A DNA stretch of 64,000 bases, taken from an uncultured Pseudomonadota bacterium (GTDB lineage Bacteria; Oederibacteriota; Muellerivitia; Muellerivitales; Muellerivitaceae). Below, in pieces: positions 41,809-51,848 of this stretch; the stretch's first letter is position 1, and each line of letters begins with the position of its first letter. The stretch lies in contig CAVYRH010000011.1 of the NCBI GenBank assembly GCA_963770835.1, forward strand, positions 32,001 to 96,000, given 5' to 3'. The position numbers and the translations under genes are program-made. The notes under the pieces were generated by a model. The model was given only the letters and a program-made list of their open reading frames with translations. It was not told where the DNA came from and made no database searches.

Positions 41809-42249
41809 GTGGTTGATAAAGCCGAGTCGAAACCCGAATCAAAAGATGATAAGACAGCGACACCGGCGCCAGCGGTTGCTAGCGCGAAAAAAGGGAAGAA
41901 AGCCCCCCGCAATGGTGTAGTGCATATCCAATGCACCTTCAATAATACTTTGGTGACCGTGACCGATCCCAAAGGAAATGTAGTGGCCTGGTCCTCAGCT
42001 GGGTCGATGAACTTTAAAGGAAGCCGTAAATCTACTCCTTTTGCGGCCCAAGTGGCCGCTGAAACGGCGGGTAAAAAGGCCGTAGATGCTGGGATGAAGT
42101 CTGTGGAAGTTTACGTTAAAGGCCCTGGATCGGGCCGGGAAGCGGCCATTCGGGCCATTCAAACTAGTGGGTTACAGATTTCCATAATTAAGGACGTCAC
42201 CCCTGTCCCCCATAACGGTTGCCGGCCGCCTAAGCGCCGGCGCGTCTAA
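41809..42249 (+). CDS. rpsK: 30S ribosomal protein S11 with N-terminal extension
   Basis: [31 protein letters not shown] start after AAGGAG. Confidence 0.97.
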   Translation: MVDKAESKPESKDDKTATPAPAVASAKKGKKAPRNGVVHIQCTFNNTLVTVTDPKGNVVAWSSAGSMNFKGSRKSTPFAAQVAAETAGKKAVDAGMKSVEVYVKGPGSGREAAIRAIQTSGLQISIIKDVTPVPHNGCRPPKRRRV

Positions 42250-42260
42250 AGGAGTCTTTC

Positions 42261-42881
42261 ATGAGCATCCAGTCGGTTTGTCGTATATGCCGCCGTGAAG
42301 GCATGAAGCTTTTTTTAAAAGGCACGCGTTGCGAGACGGAAAAATGTGCGTTTGAACGTCGGGGCTACGCTCCCGGGCAGCATGGGCAAAAGCGCCGGAA
42401 GGACACGGAATACGGGCTCCAATTAAGGGAAAAACAAAAAGTTAAAAGAATTTATGGATTATTGGAACGGCAGTTTCGCCGTTATTTTTCGATCGCCTCG
42501 CGGAAAAAAGGCGTAACGGGTGAAACCTTGCTTCAATTGCTGGAACAGCGGTTGGACAATACCGTCTATCGTATGGGTTTTGCCGAGTCCCGGCGTCAGG
42601 CCCGTCAGGTGGTTCGGCATGGCATGATCTTGGTCAACGGGAAAAAGGTGGACATTCCGTCCTTTACTTTGAAGGCGGGGGATAAGATCGCCATATTGGA
42701 CAGGTTCAAAGAAAATGTCGGACTGAAGCGTTCCTTGGAAACTCTTCAAAAAAGGGGAGTCCCTGAGTGGTTGGAAGTGGACACCGGGATTTTGTCCGGC
42801 ACCTTCAAGAAAGTACCGACCAAGGATGAAATTGCTCTTCCGGTTCAGGAACAGCTTATCGTTGAATTATATTCAAAATAG
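42261..42881 (+). CDS. rpsD: 30S ribosomal protein S4
   Basis: [27 protein letters not shown]. Confidence 0.98.
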   Translation: MSIQSVCRICRREGMKLFLKGTRCETEKCAFERRGYAPGQHGQKRRKDTEYGLQLREKQKVKRIYGLLERQFRRYFSIASRKKGVTGETLLQLLEQRLDNTVYRMGFAESRRQARQVVRHGMILVNGKKVDIPSFTLKAGDKIAILDRFKENVGLKRSLETLQKRGVPEWLEVDTGILSGTFKKVPTKDEIALPVQEQLIVELYSK

Positions 42882-42940
42882 CATTCGCCGGAGACGTGCA
42901 GACGGGTCCCCTTGGGGGACACTATTCGCAGGAGGCATTC

Positions 42941-43954
42941 ATGCAAATCGGAAATGTACAGATTCCCAAGTTTTTGGATTACGAGAAGGAAACATTAACT
43001 CCTCTCTATGGAAAATTCATTGCCGAGCCCTTTGAGCGGGGATATGGACAATCGGTTGGGAATTCTTTGCGTCGGATCTTACTTTCCTCCATTGCGGGGG
43101 CTGCAGTTACCTCGGTTAAGTTTGAAGGGGTATCTCATGAGTTTTCCTCTATCCCTGGCGTGGTGGAGGACACCACGGAAATCATCTTGAATTTAAAGGA
43201 ACTTAAAATCAAGTTATTCAGCTCGGGACCCAAAACCATGCGGCTGTCCATCAAAGGCGAACGGAATGTTGTGGCGGCGGATATCCAAGCCGACGCAGAT
43301 GTTGAAATTTTGAATCCCCAATTACACTTAGCCTCATTGACGGAAGATGACGCGTCTTTGGATTTGGAAATCGAAGTGGGGGAAGGCCGTGGATATGCTC
43401 CGGCTGAGCGTAACAAAAGGGAAGGCCAACCCATTGGTGTCATTCCAGTTGATTCCATTTTTACGCCGGTTCTTCAAGTCAAATATTCCGTGGAATCGGC
43501 TCGCATCGGTCAGATGACGGATTATGACAAACTGATTATGGAAATTTGGACCGATGGGCGCATCCACCCGGAGGATGCTCTGGCTCACGCTTCCAAAATC
43601 TTACGCGACTCCCTCCAGATTTTTATCAACTTCGAGGAAGAACCCATTCAGCAGGACGACTCGGTAAGCGAAGAGGAAGAGCGTTTGCGTGAACTTTTGA
43701 ATGAAAGTGTCGAGGAGTTGGAACTTTCTGTTCGGTCGGCCAATTGCCTGAAGACGGCCAACATCAAAATGATCGGTGATTTGGTCCGTAAAACCGAGTC
43801 CGACATGCTGAAATACAAGAATTTTGGGCGTAAGTCCCTTAATGAAATCAAGGAAATCCTGGGTGGCATGGGCCTTTCCTTCGGGATGGATGTGGATGCC
43901 ATCCTCGCCAAGGGAAAACCCGTGTCAGTGGTCCGAGTTGAAACCAACGTTTAA
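42941..43954 (+). CDS. rpoA: RNA polymerase alpha subunit
   Basis: [30 protein letters not shown]. Confidence 0.98.
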   Translation: MQIGNVQIPKFLDYEKETLTPLYGKFIAEPFERGYGQSVGNSLRRILLSSIAGAAVTSVKFEGVSHEFSSIPGVVEDTTEIILNLKELKIKLFSSGPKTMRLSIKGERNVVAADIQADADVEILNPQLHLASLTEDDASLDLEIEVGEGRGYAPAERNKREGQPIGVIPVDSIFTPVLQVKYSVESARIGQMTDYDKLIMEIWTDGRIHPEDALAHASKILRDSLQIFINFEEEPIQQDDSVSEEEERLRELLNESVEELELSVRSANCLKTANIKMIGDLVRKTESDMLKYKNFGRKSLNEIKEILGGMGLSFGMDVDAILAKGKPVSVVRVETNV

Positions 43955-43976
43955 ATTAGTCTGATCAGGAGTTTTT

Positions 43977-44450
43977 ATGCGACATCAAGCACATCATGGA
44001 CGTTTAGGGGTGCAGCCGGCTCACCGCCGGGCCCTTATCCGGAATATGGTGACCTCACTGCTGAAACACGAACGTATCAAAACGACGAAAATCCGTGCCA
44101 AAGAAATTCGCCGATACGCCGAGAAAATGATCACCATTGCCAAAAAAGAAACTTTGGCGTCCAAAAGGCGGATTTTAGGATTCGTCCGGGAAAGGGAAGT
44201 GGTTAATAAGCTTTTTAAAACCCTCATTTACCGATACGCGGAACGAAAGGGTGGGTATACCCGTATTTTAAAACTCGGCTACCGCATGGGGGATGGAGCT
44301 GAAATGGTCTTTTTGGAATTGGTTGACCGTCCAACCGAAGAAAAACCTTCTGAAACAAAGGTAGAAAAGAAGGAAAAAGACGAAGCCGGTTCTTCCGAAC
44401 CCAAAAGTGAGAAGAAGAAAAAACAAACGGAAGCCACCGCAGCCTCTTGA
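43977..44450 (+). CDS. rplQ: 50S ribosomal protein L17
   Basis: HERIKTT, GGYTRILK, R-GDGA. Confidence 0.97.
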   Translation: MRHQAHHGRLGVQPAHRRALIRNMVTSLLKHERIKTTKIRAKEIRRYAEKMITIAKKETLASKRRILGFVREREVVNKLFKTLIYRYAERKGGYTRILKLGYRMGDGAEMVFLELVDRPTEEKPSETKVEKKEKDEAGSSEPKSEKKKKQTEATAAS

Positions 44451-44535
44451 CTTTCAAACTCCAAATAGAAACGGTTTCATTTGGATTGATTTCTTTTGAC
44501 CTGCTTCGTGCCTTTGCTTAAAATATCCTGACCTT

Positions 44536-45054
44536 ATGAAACGAATGACCCACAAAACCTTTTTTCTCGCAGCAGTTGTTCTTTTGTTTTCAACTTCCCT
44601 CGTTTTGGCCCAAAATGCGGATACCGGTTTATCCGGGAGCCTTGAAACCAATCATCAGGATTATTTTTACAAGGATCCGAATAAGGCTTTTCTTTTAGCC
44701 TTTTTTCCCGGATTGCTCATTCACGGATACGGTCATTTTTACGCGGATGACAACCTTATGGGAGATGTTCTTCTCACGGGGGAAGTCGTCTCGGTCTTAT
44801 CCGTGGGCCTCGGCGCGCTTATAAGATCTGATACAACCACCTTTTCCGGAGGGGTTTTGGGTGACTCCAACAACGCCGGGAATATAGGAACCAACCTCAT
44901 CTGGGGCGGAGTGATCGCTTTCACGGGTCTTTGGATCGTCGATATGGCCCACGCTCCCACGGCCGCCAGTGATTTTGACGACGAACACGGCTTAAAACCG
45001 GTGGCTTATCTTGAACAAGATCGTCCTACCCTGGCTCTTGCCTACCGATTTTAA
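44536..45054 (+). CDS. Exported/membrane hypothetical protein
   Basis: Signal peptide; KDPNKAFLLAFFPG..GYGHFY motif; TM helices; ends YRF. Confidence 0.6.
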   Translation: MKRMTHKTFFLAAVVLLFSTSLVLAQNADTGLSGSLETNHQDYFYKDPNKAFLLAFFPGLLIHGYGHFYADDNLMGDVLLTGEVVSVLSVGLGALIRSDTTTFSGGVLGDSNNAGNIGTNLIWGGVIAFTGLWIVDMAHAPTAASDFDDEHGLKPVAYLEQDRPTLALAYRF

Positions 45055-45320
45055 AAGACAGATCAAGAATTTTTTGATGAATTGTGTTTGGTTTGGTTCC
45101 TTTTCTGTCCCTCCATTTAACAATCTCGAATCTTGTTCAACAAAACAATACTCGATGAAATCAGTGGTGTTTTTCTAGCCTAGTTAGAGGAATCAATTTC
45201 AAATTTATTCGCTTGTTTTTACTGTCTTTTATTCGTTTTTTGGGGTCTTCCCAACATATTGCCCACGTTACTCCGGAAGCGATAAAATAGCCTAGTCGAT
45301 TTTTTGTGAGGAGGTATGGG

Positions 45321-46856
45321 ATGAAAAGTACAAAGATATTTATCCATGGTTGTTCTTTTGCTGTTTTTTTGGTCGTCGCACCATTAAGTGCCGCAATTTT
45401 CCAATTTGGACCTGCCGATTCATTATCGGCCGGGATGAGTCCGCGTGGCATTGCAGTTGGAAGCTTATTCGAAAACGGAACGCAAAACCTCGTTGTGGCC
45501 AATTTTGGTTCTCCAACTTTTATTGGTCAATCTACTCCCGCTTCTCTTTTAAATTCCTCCAGTTCAAATATTGAGATTTTTTCGCCTTCCCCCACAGGCC
45601 TTCAACTAACCGCCACCATCCCAACCGCTTCGAGCCCGCGGGACATCAGCCTGTTCGACCCTAATGGCCAAAATAGGGAATCGATTTTTATCACCGCTTA
45701 TGATGCGAACTTTTTACAGGTTTTTAGCTATTTGGGGAACCAATGGATAAAAACGGATGAAGCGCCTACTTTGAATATGCCGGTGGGCGTTGCCACAGGT
45801 TTAACAGGTCCTGGGGGAATTCCTTTCGTGGTCGTGTCTGACTACGGATCGAATAATCTTTCAGTATTTTCACTTGCGGGTGGCAAACTAGGCAAGCGGA
45901 TTGATATCCCGGTGGCCGAAGGTCCAACCCAGGTTGCCATTGGAGATCTCAACGGTAGCGGGGTCAACCAAATTGCTGTCGTCTGTTTGCCTGATAGCAA
46001 GATCGATATTTTGTCGCTGGATCCAAATTCAAAAGGAAGAGAGGGCAGCCTTTCCTCCCTTAAATTGACTCAAACGATTTCGATGCCTAAGGGAAGCGCC
46101 CCCGCAGATTTGAGGATAGCCGATTTGAACGGTGATGGAAGATTGGATTTGGCCGTGGCCGATTTCGCAAACAACGCCATTTATACGTACCTACAACAGA
46201 AAGACGGATCCCTCTTGGTCCAGCCGGTTTTGGAAACCAGTGGCAATCATCCGAATGGTTTAACGGTGGCTGACCTAGACGGCAGTGGAAGAAAAGAAAT
46301 CATCGTGGCCAACCGCGACTCGGATTCCATCGATGTATTCCAATCCGAAGGCGGCCAGTATCAACTGACGCAGACCTTGAAAACTTCCGGCGACCTTACT
46401 GGCTCCTTCGGGCCTATTGAGGTGGGCGTTTTGGACACCCGGGGAAATGGGGAAAAGGATTTAGTGGTCAGCCATATGCGTTCGAACACACTTAAAGTCC
46501 TAGTCCAGGCATTGCCCTTGTCCGCGCTTACGCCGGTTTCGGGGTTTTCCGATAATAGAAGGGCGCCCTTCTCCGAAAAAACAACGTTTTGTTATCCCAA
46601 TCCCACCCATGATGGAAACGTTAAGTTTTGCTTTAACCTCGACACGCCGTCTACCGCGCTCATCCAGGTTTTTGACATAAATGGTGAAAAGGTCTGGCGC
46701 CAAACGGTGGAAGCGGGCCAGACCCAAATCGGGCCAAACATCATTACCTGGCCTGGAACCAATCAGGCTGGACAAAACCTGGCGAGCGGGCTTTATGTTT
46801 ATAGCGTCACAGTTGGCGGTCAAACGGTCACAAAAAAAATGGTTATCCTCCATTGA
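45321..46856 (+). CDS. Secreted FG-GAP/VCBS-like beta-propeller protein with C-terminal FlgD-Ig/CTD-like domain
   Basis: Repeats such as ADLNGDGRLDLAVA and ADLDGSG; C-terminal YPNP...W.GTNQAG..LASGLY...KKMVIL. Confidence 0.8.
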   Translation: MKSTKIFIHGCSFAVFLVVAPLSAAIFQFGPADSLSAGMSPRGIAVGSLFENGTQNLVVANFGSPTFIGQSTPASLLNSSSSNIEIFSPSPTGLQLTATIPTASSPRDISLFDPNGQNRESIFITAYDANFLQVFSYLGNQWIKTDEAPTLNMPVGVATGLTGPGGIPFVVVSDYGSNNLSVFSLAGGKLGKRIDIPVAEGPTQVAIGDLNGSGVNQIAVVCLPDSKIDILSLDPNSKGREGSLSSLKLTQTISMPKGSAPADLRIADLNGDGRLDLAVADFANNAIYTYLQQKDGSLLVQPVLETSGNHPNGLTVADLDGSGRKEIIVANRDSDSIDVFQSEGGQYQLTQTLKTSGDLTGSFGPIEVGVLDTRGNGEKDLVVSHMRSNTLKVLVQALPLSALTPVSGFSDNRRAPFSEKTTFCYPNPTHDGNVKFCFNLDTPSTALIQVFDINGEKVWRQTVEAGQTQIGPNIITWPGTNQAGQNLASGLYVYSVTVGGQTVTKKMVILH

Positions 46857-46892
46857 AGATAGCCACTTTGGATTTAAATCGCTTCCGAAATC

Positions 46893-47375
46893 TTAGTTTT
46901 TGATTTCTGAAGGGGAAGCCACCGATGATTTATCGGCCGTTTCGTTTTGTTCCGAGCGGAATATTTGGTTTGAATTCTTGTGCGAGCCCTTCGTCAGGCG
47001 ATATCCCGCAACTTCCAAGGCCTGTTTCCAACTTCCAAATTCACGCCGGGCCGCCGAATAAAGGGCTAGACGGTCCCGGTAGGTTGATAAGAGATTTTGC
47101 GATTCGGCCTTTCGAATTTCGTCCAGAACCTGTTCTTTGGACCATTTGGTCAGCTTTTTGCGGCGCCTTGTTTTGCCGGCTTCCAATATTTGGTCGTAAT
47201 CAATACCCGCCGCCTTTACGGCGTTTGCCCAGCTGGAAAAATACCGACGGGAACAGGCGGCGGTAAAAAGCGGGATGTGGTTTTTGGAAATATTGCTGGC
47301 AGATATATCCATATTTTTATTCCTCAGCTCTTTAATTGTTTCAACGATTTTTTCTTTGGACCATTTTTGCTTCAT
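46893..47375 (-). CDS. Small basic protein with two KWSKE...F.SW..A repeats, putative DNA-binding
   Basis: Internal duplication KWSKEKIV...YFSSWANAVKAAG / KWSKEQVL...EFGSWKQALEVAG; resembles the homing-endonuclease-associated repeat. Confidence 0.6.
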   Translation of the reverse strand: MKQKWSKEKIVETIKELRNKNMDISASNISKNHIPLFTAACSRRYFSSWANAVKAAGIDYDQILEAGKTRRRKKLTKWSKEQVLDEIRKAESQNLLSTYRDRLALYSAARREFGSWKQALEVAGYRLTKGSHKNSNQIFRSEQNETADKSSVASPSEIKN

Positions 47376-47788
47376 GGGAGACCCCCTAAAAATTTTCATG
47401 TGTTGACAGGCATGATTTGTTAGATTTGTTTGAACCACAATCTAAGCAATATTATGATATATTACGTTATATTATGAATCAATATGTTTTATTAGCTTTA
47501 AACAGCTCAATTTAGTAGGGAACATGCCAAAATTAATGATTTTTGGGGTTGTTTCCCCAAATGGCTTCAAATCTAAGGTTTCTTCTCATTTCTGATCCAA
47601 TTTAATTCACCTTCGGGCCCGTAACTGAAGGAGCCCAAAATTTCTAAATTTATAGGCCTTTCTTAAATGGCAATTTAAGACCGTATCAGTTGAAATTGGT
47701 AAAAACCAGCTGTGCCCATTCATCAAGATTCCAATAAAGTTAAAAGGTTAAATCGCGTTATTCGATCGCCTGGTAAACTAAGCGGCCA

Positions 47789-48505
47789 ATGAAAAAGATC
47801 AACGAACTCATTGAACTATTGCTCTTTTTTACCTTTACGCTGGTTCTCGGTTTTCTATTTCTCATCAACCTACCGATTTTCGAAGAGCCCCATGGGCTCC
47901 TTATCATGAACGAACTTTCGGATTTTTCCAGCAACCAACTGGCGGCCGCTTCATTATTCGGCTCGATCATCGTTTGCATCGGTCTCGGCGCGCTGATGAT
48001 GAAATGGCTCCCCTTATTCACGCCGGGAATGACGGCGAATTTATGGGCGACAACCTATTTTTTGATGTGGGTGGATAGCATGTTCGCCCTCTCCGTACAG
48101 GCGCAATCATTCCATTACCTGGTTCTTTTAGGTTTAGGCCTTTTATTCCTTTATCTTTTCTTTTTCACTTTGTATTACCTGGATCTTCCAAAAGACACGA
48201 ACCAGGCACCGGAAGAACCATCCTTCAAATACAAACTCATCCATTATTGGCTCGGGAGTTGGATGGGGATTTATTTCATTGTTTCGATCCGGCTTCTCTT
48301 TAATTCCTTTGGATACCCCGAGCTTCAGTGGCCCCTCGCGATGGGCTTTTGCGCCTTGTGTTTTTTAAATTACCTTCTTTTTCTTTTTTTAAGAAAATCC
48401 CGGGGGAAGGGCGTCGACGGATTATCCCGCGTTGGCAGAATTTTCTTTAGCCTTTGGTTTCTAACGCTCTTATGCACGGGGATAAGCCAGCACTATTTCC
48501 GTTGA
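47789..48505 (+). CDS. Integral membrane hypothetical protein
   Basis: About 7 hydrophobic segments. Confidence 0.6.
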   Translation: MKKINELIELLLFFTFTLVLGFLFLINLPIFEEPHGLLIMNELSDFSSNQLAAASLFGSIIVCIGLGALMMKWLPLFTPGMTANLWATTYFLMWVDSMFALSVQAQSFHYLVLLGLGLLFLYLFFFTLYYLDLPKDTNQAPEEPSFKYKLIHYWLGSWMGIYFIVSIRLLFNSFGYPELQWPLAMGFCALCFLNYLLFLFLRKSRGKGVDGLSRVGRIFFSLWFLTLLCTGISQHYFR

Positions 48506-48577
48506 GGCGCGCAAAAAGTTTCGGCCCCCGGACCGTTTTTCAGTCCGCGCCGGGTTTGGAAGGACTTTAGGAATTTC

Positions 48578-50725
48578 ATGGGGAATGGCGTGAACAAGAT
48601 TAAGCGCTTCATGAATGTCCAAGTGGAGGGCTTGGTCTCCACGAGCCCCTTTTGGACTTGGTTCTTTTTCTTCGTTTTTGTGATATCGAACGGGCTCCTG
48701 GCCTATTCATCGCTTCCTTACCAGATGAAAATATGGGTTTTCATGGCCGGTATCTTATTGACTTTCGCCCTTTATGCCCGCGGGAGAGTCGCCGATAAAA
48801 TTGACGTTAAAAAAAGTTTCACCAACCCCATCCTTCCCATTCCACCTATCGGGATTTGCCTATTCCTGCTTGGCATCGCCCTATTCCTGCGTTTTTTTAA
48901 ACTCACCAGTCTCCGCCTTTGGCCCACCGGTGACGAGGGATTGCAGGGTTTTTTCGCCATTGAACTGGTCAAAAAATGGGATTGGAGGTTTTTCTACACC
49001 TCGGGGCAGCATCCACCGCTTTTAATATGGATTTTAAAATTTTTCTTTCAATCCTTCAGGGACCCTTTCTTCAACCTTTGGTTTCCACCGGCGTTATTTT
49101 CCTCTTTCACGTTGATCATCGGTTATTTCGCTTCCAGATTATTTTTTTCAAAATCGGTAAGCTTTATATTCTTCCTTTTATTGGCGTTTAGCTTTTGGCC
49201 ACTTGATTTCGGAAGATTTTGCGTACAAGGCGCATTAGTGCCTTTGTTTGAAGTACTCTGTTTTTATTTTTTGGGGCGCTTTTTAAACGAGCCGAGGCCG
49301 TTATTCCGAAGGATATGGGCGGGGATTTTAGGGATAAGCCTTGGCCTGGGATGCCTGACCTTTACCTCTTGGGTGATGGTGATCCTATTCGTGGCTTTAC
49401 TGGTTGCCCTACGAACCTTCGCGCGGCGCCCAAACGATCGCGATGACGTTCTTTTTTTTGCGGTATTCTTTTTCATCGGATTTTCCCCGTGGCTCATCGC
49501 CTTCTCCCGGGAGGGTTTCGGGGGATATCTTTTTGGAGTTTCTTTCTTTAGCGGTTTTTTCACATGGAAGCAGCAATTTTTAACTTCTCTTTCAAATTTC
49601 ACTTCTTTGTTTTGGGGACCCTTCCAAATCGAGGCGGGCTATGGCCCGACTTGGGGTGGGGTGCTCAATCCCCTTTTAGGCGGATGTTTTTTCCTGGGGG
49701 CGGCGGAACTTTACCGCATGCGCCAAGAGCCTATTGCCCACGTTTTGTTTCTGGGCTTTTTGCTGTTTTTGCTGCCCGGATTTCTTGCGGCAGACCACGT
49801 TGAGATGTTCCGGATCATCCCGGTTATGCCCGTCCTTTTAATGATGGTGGTATTTGGAATTTGGAGACTTCTTTTAACGCTTTCTTTCGACAAAAGACTC
49901 TTCTTATTGTTTCCCCTCATCGGCTCCTCCTTCCTCATCGATTTTTACCATTTTTTAAGGCCCCGGCTGGCTGGAAGCAATCCCGGGGTTGAGTTTAAAA
50001 AAAATATGGAAGATGAAAGTTTCCAGGCCTTCCAATTGTTGAGGAATATGGGTGACCACCATGGCCCTGGGCTCATTTTCACGGAGTTTTTGCTTCTTTC
50101 CCGGGGCCATAATTTGCGGGTGGCCGTTTATCCCTTTAACGCGGCCGACAATCCCGCGATCAATCCCGATCAAGCGACTTGGGCTTCCGTGATTGTGAAT
50201 GTCCATTATGGGTACTTTCTCGCCAAGCGGTTTCCGAAATCCCAATGGCGCCGGATCACCGTAGGGAGCCAGGAGGATGGCGGCCTCGCGGTGGGGATCA
50301 TCCCCCTTGAAAAAAAGGACAGGGAAGCCATGCTTTGTTGGTTGCGCGCGCAGGACTATGTCCATCAATTGGGCGTCCAGTCGGAAAATATGATGAATAA
50401 CCAGCCCTTTTACCAGTCGATTGTGCAGAAGCTGGCCGACGGCTATCCCCTGATGGAAGGGGATCCGTTTCTGGAGTCCATCTATGGCGAATGGATCGCC
50501 CAATACCGCTATACCCATGGCCTCGAAAGGAATATTTCCGCCCTCCAACGGGCGGTGGAAAAAGGTTATCCGGCCGCCAACCTTTATTACAAACTTGGAA
50601 ATTTTCTCTTCTTAAACCGGCAAATCCCCGAAGCCCAAAAAGCTTATTTGATGGCGGCAGGGTGCAATCCCAATTACACTAATGCCACTGAAGTCCTTTC
50701 GCGTATTTGGGGGAAAAATCCGTAG
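48578..50725 (+). CDS. GT-C fold (PMT/ArnT-like) membrane glycosyltransferase with C-terminal TPR-like region
   Basis: ALFLRF..L....TGDEG, HPPL, many TM helices, TPR-like tail. Confidence 0.7.
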   Translation: MGNGVNKIKRFMNVQVEGLVSTSPFWTWFFFFVFVISNGLLAYSSLPYQMKIWVFMAGILLTFALYARGRVADKIDVKKSFTNPILPIPPIGICLFLLGIALFLRFFKLTSLRLWPTGDEGLQGFFAIELVKKWDWRFFYTSGQHPPLLIWILKFFFQSFRDPFFNLWFPPALFSSFTLIIGYFASRLFFSKSVSFIFFLLLAFSFWPLDFGRFCVQGALVPLFEVLCFYFLGRFLNEPRPLFRRIWAGILGISLGLGCLTFTSWVMVILFVALLVALRTFARRPNDRDDVLFFAVFFFIGFSPWLIAFSREGFGGYLFGVSFFSGFFTWKQQFLTSLSNFTSLFWGPFQIEAGYGPTWGGVLNPLLGGCFFLGAAELYRMRQEPIAHVLFLGFLLFLLPGFLAADHVEMFRIIPVMPVLLMMVVFGIWRLLLTLSFDKRLFLLFPLIGSSFLIDFYHFLRPRLAGSNPGVEFKKNMEDESFQAFQLLRNMGDHHGPGLIFTEFLLLSRGHNLRVAVYPFNAADNPAINPDQATWASVIVNVHYGYFLAKRFPKSQWRRITVGSQEDGGLAVGIIPLEKKDREAMLCWLRAQDYVHQLGVQSENMMNNQPFYQSIVQKLADGYPLMEGDPFLESIYGEWIAQYRYTHGLERNISALQRAVEKGYPAANLYYKLGNFLFLNRQIPEAQKAYLMAAGCNPNYTNATEVLSRIWGKNP

Positions 50726-50763
50726 CCAGAGCTACGGCCTGAATATTTAAACAGGGGAAGAAT

Positions 50764-51456
50764 ATGGTTGCGACCGTTATTGTGTTGGTGGTTTTAATTT
50801 TTGTCATCTCCAAGGCATGGAGGTTTTTCCTGGAAACCTCCGACGAAATCCGGCATATCCGCCTTTTGGAACCCTGGTACTGGTTTGTTTTTTTAAACCT
50901 CACCCTCACGATGGTTTCCAGCAATTATGACTACCAGTTCCTGATGGTGGGCCTGCTTCTCCAAATCGCGTTGAGCGCCTGGTTTGCCGTGTCGCTCGGT
51001 TGGATCATCCAATCCTGCCCCCATAAGATGGCCCTCTTCAACGAAAGCTGGTTTGTCAGGGGAAAAAGCGTCAAGTTTTGCTACCGCTGTGGGACGCGCC
51101 TCTCCAAGGATTTCCACGCTTCGGAAGTGAAAGACCATTCCTGGCAGGTTTTTCTCTTCCATGTTTCGCCCCCTCTTTTTGAGTACATCGGTTTTTGGGT
51201 CGCCCAATCTCTCATGGTGCTTATCTCCGTGTTTTTGGCCCTGCGGTTTTTGAAACAATCCGACCTCCAACACCAGGCGGTTTTGGTGGCCGTGATCCTG
51301 GTCGTGTTGGTTCCGCCGCTTCTTTACTTCCTCGGCCGGTTCCGGCGTTACCTGTCGGATACGGGCGGCATGATTTGGTGGGACGACCTCAAAAGCTCTT
51401 TTCTCACTTGGGCCGTTGCCCTTGGCATCCTCTGGGGAATTTTGCATTTTTTGTAA
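50764..51456 (+). CDS. Membrane hypothetical protein with possible Zn ribbon
   Basis: TM helices; CPH...CYRCG. Confidence 0.55.
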   Translation: MVATVIVLVVLIFVISKAWRFFLETSDEIRHIRLLEPWYWFVFLNLTLTMVSSNYDYQFLMVGLLLQIALSAWFAVSLGWIIQSCPHKMALFNESWFVRGKSVKFCYRCGTRLSKDFHASEVKDHSWQVFLFHVSPPLFEYIGFWVAQSLMVLISVFLALRFLKQSDLQHQAVLVAVILVVLVPPLLYFLGRFRRYLSDTGGMIWWDDLKSSFLTWAVALGILWGILHFL

Positions 51457-51481
51457 ACAAGAGCCGGCCGCCAGCCTTGGC

Positions 51482-51510
51482 TTGACAAAAGGCGGAGAGG
51501 CCGTTATATT
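51482..51510 (+). promoter_or_regulatory. Sigma70 promoter of the ilv-leu operon
   Basis: TTGACA, 17 nt spacer, TATATT. Confidence 0.8.
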
Positions 51511-51544
51511 TCCTAGCGCAGTTCAATTTTTTAGGAGTTTTTCA

Positions 51545-51622
51545 ATGGCCTTCGGAATCGCAATGAACTTAGTGCTTTTGGTACTGGTACTTGTATTGCG
51601 TCCGGAGGCGGTGCGCTCCTAA
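51545..51622 (+). CDS. Leu/Val-rich attenuator leader peptide
   Basis: AGGAG RBS; MAFGIAMNLVLLVLVLVLRPEAVRS; followed by a terminator. Confidence 0.85.
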   Translation: MAFGIAMNLVLLVLVLVLRPEAVRS

Positions 51623-51635
51623 CGACGGCTACCAG

Positions 51636-51675
51636 GCCGCGGAGTCCCGCCCAACGGGACTACCGCGGCTTTTTT
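51636..51675 (+). terminator. Attenuator terminator
   Basis: GCCGCGG-AGTCCCG-cccaa-CGGGACT-a-CCGCGGC-TTTTTT. Confidence 0.85.
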
Positions 51676-51848
51676 GTTTTAAGGCCCGGTTTTCCCGCCA
51701 AAGCAGACCTCCAAATACTGGTTTAAAAGCTTTTTCCGGTTTTTCAGCGGGCTTTTTACCCTGAATTGCCTCGAAAAAGCCTCAATTTAATGTAAAATCT
51801 GGGTCTTTACGCCCATTCAGGGCGTGGGGAACTTCAAGGGAGAAGACC

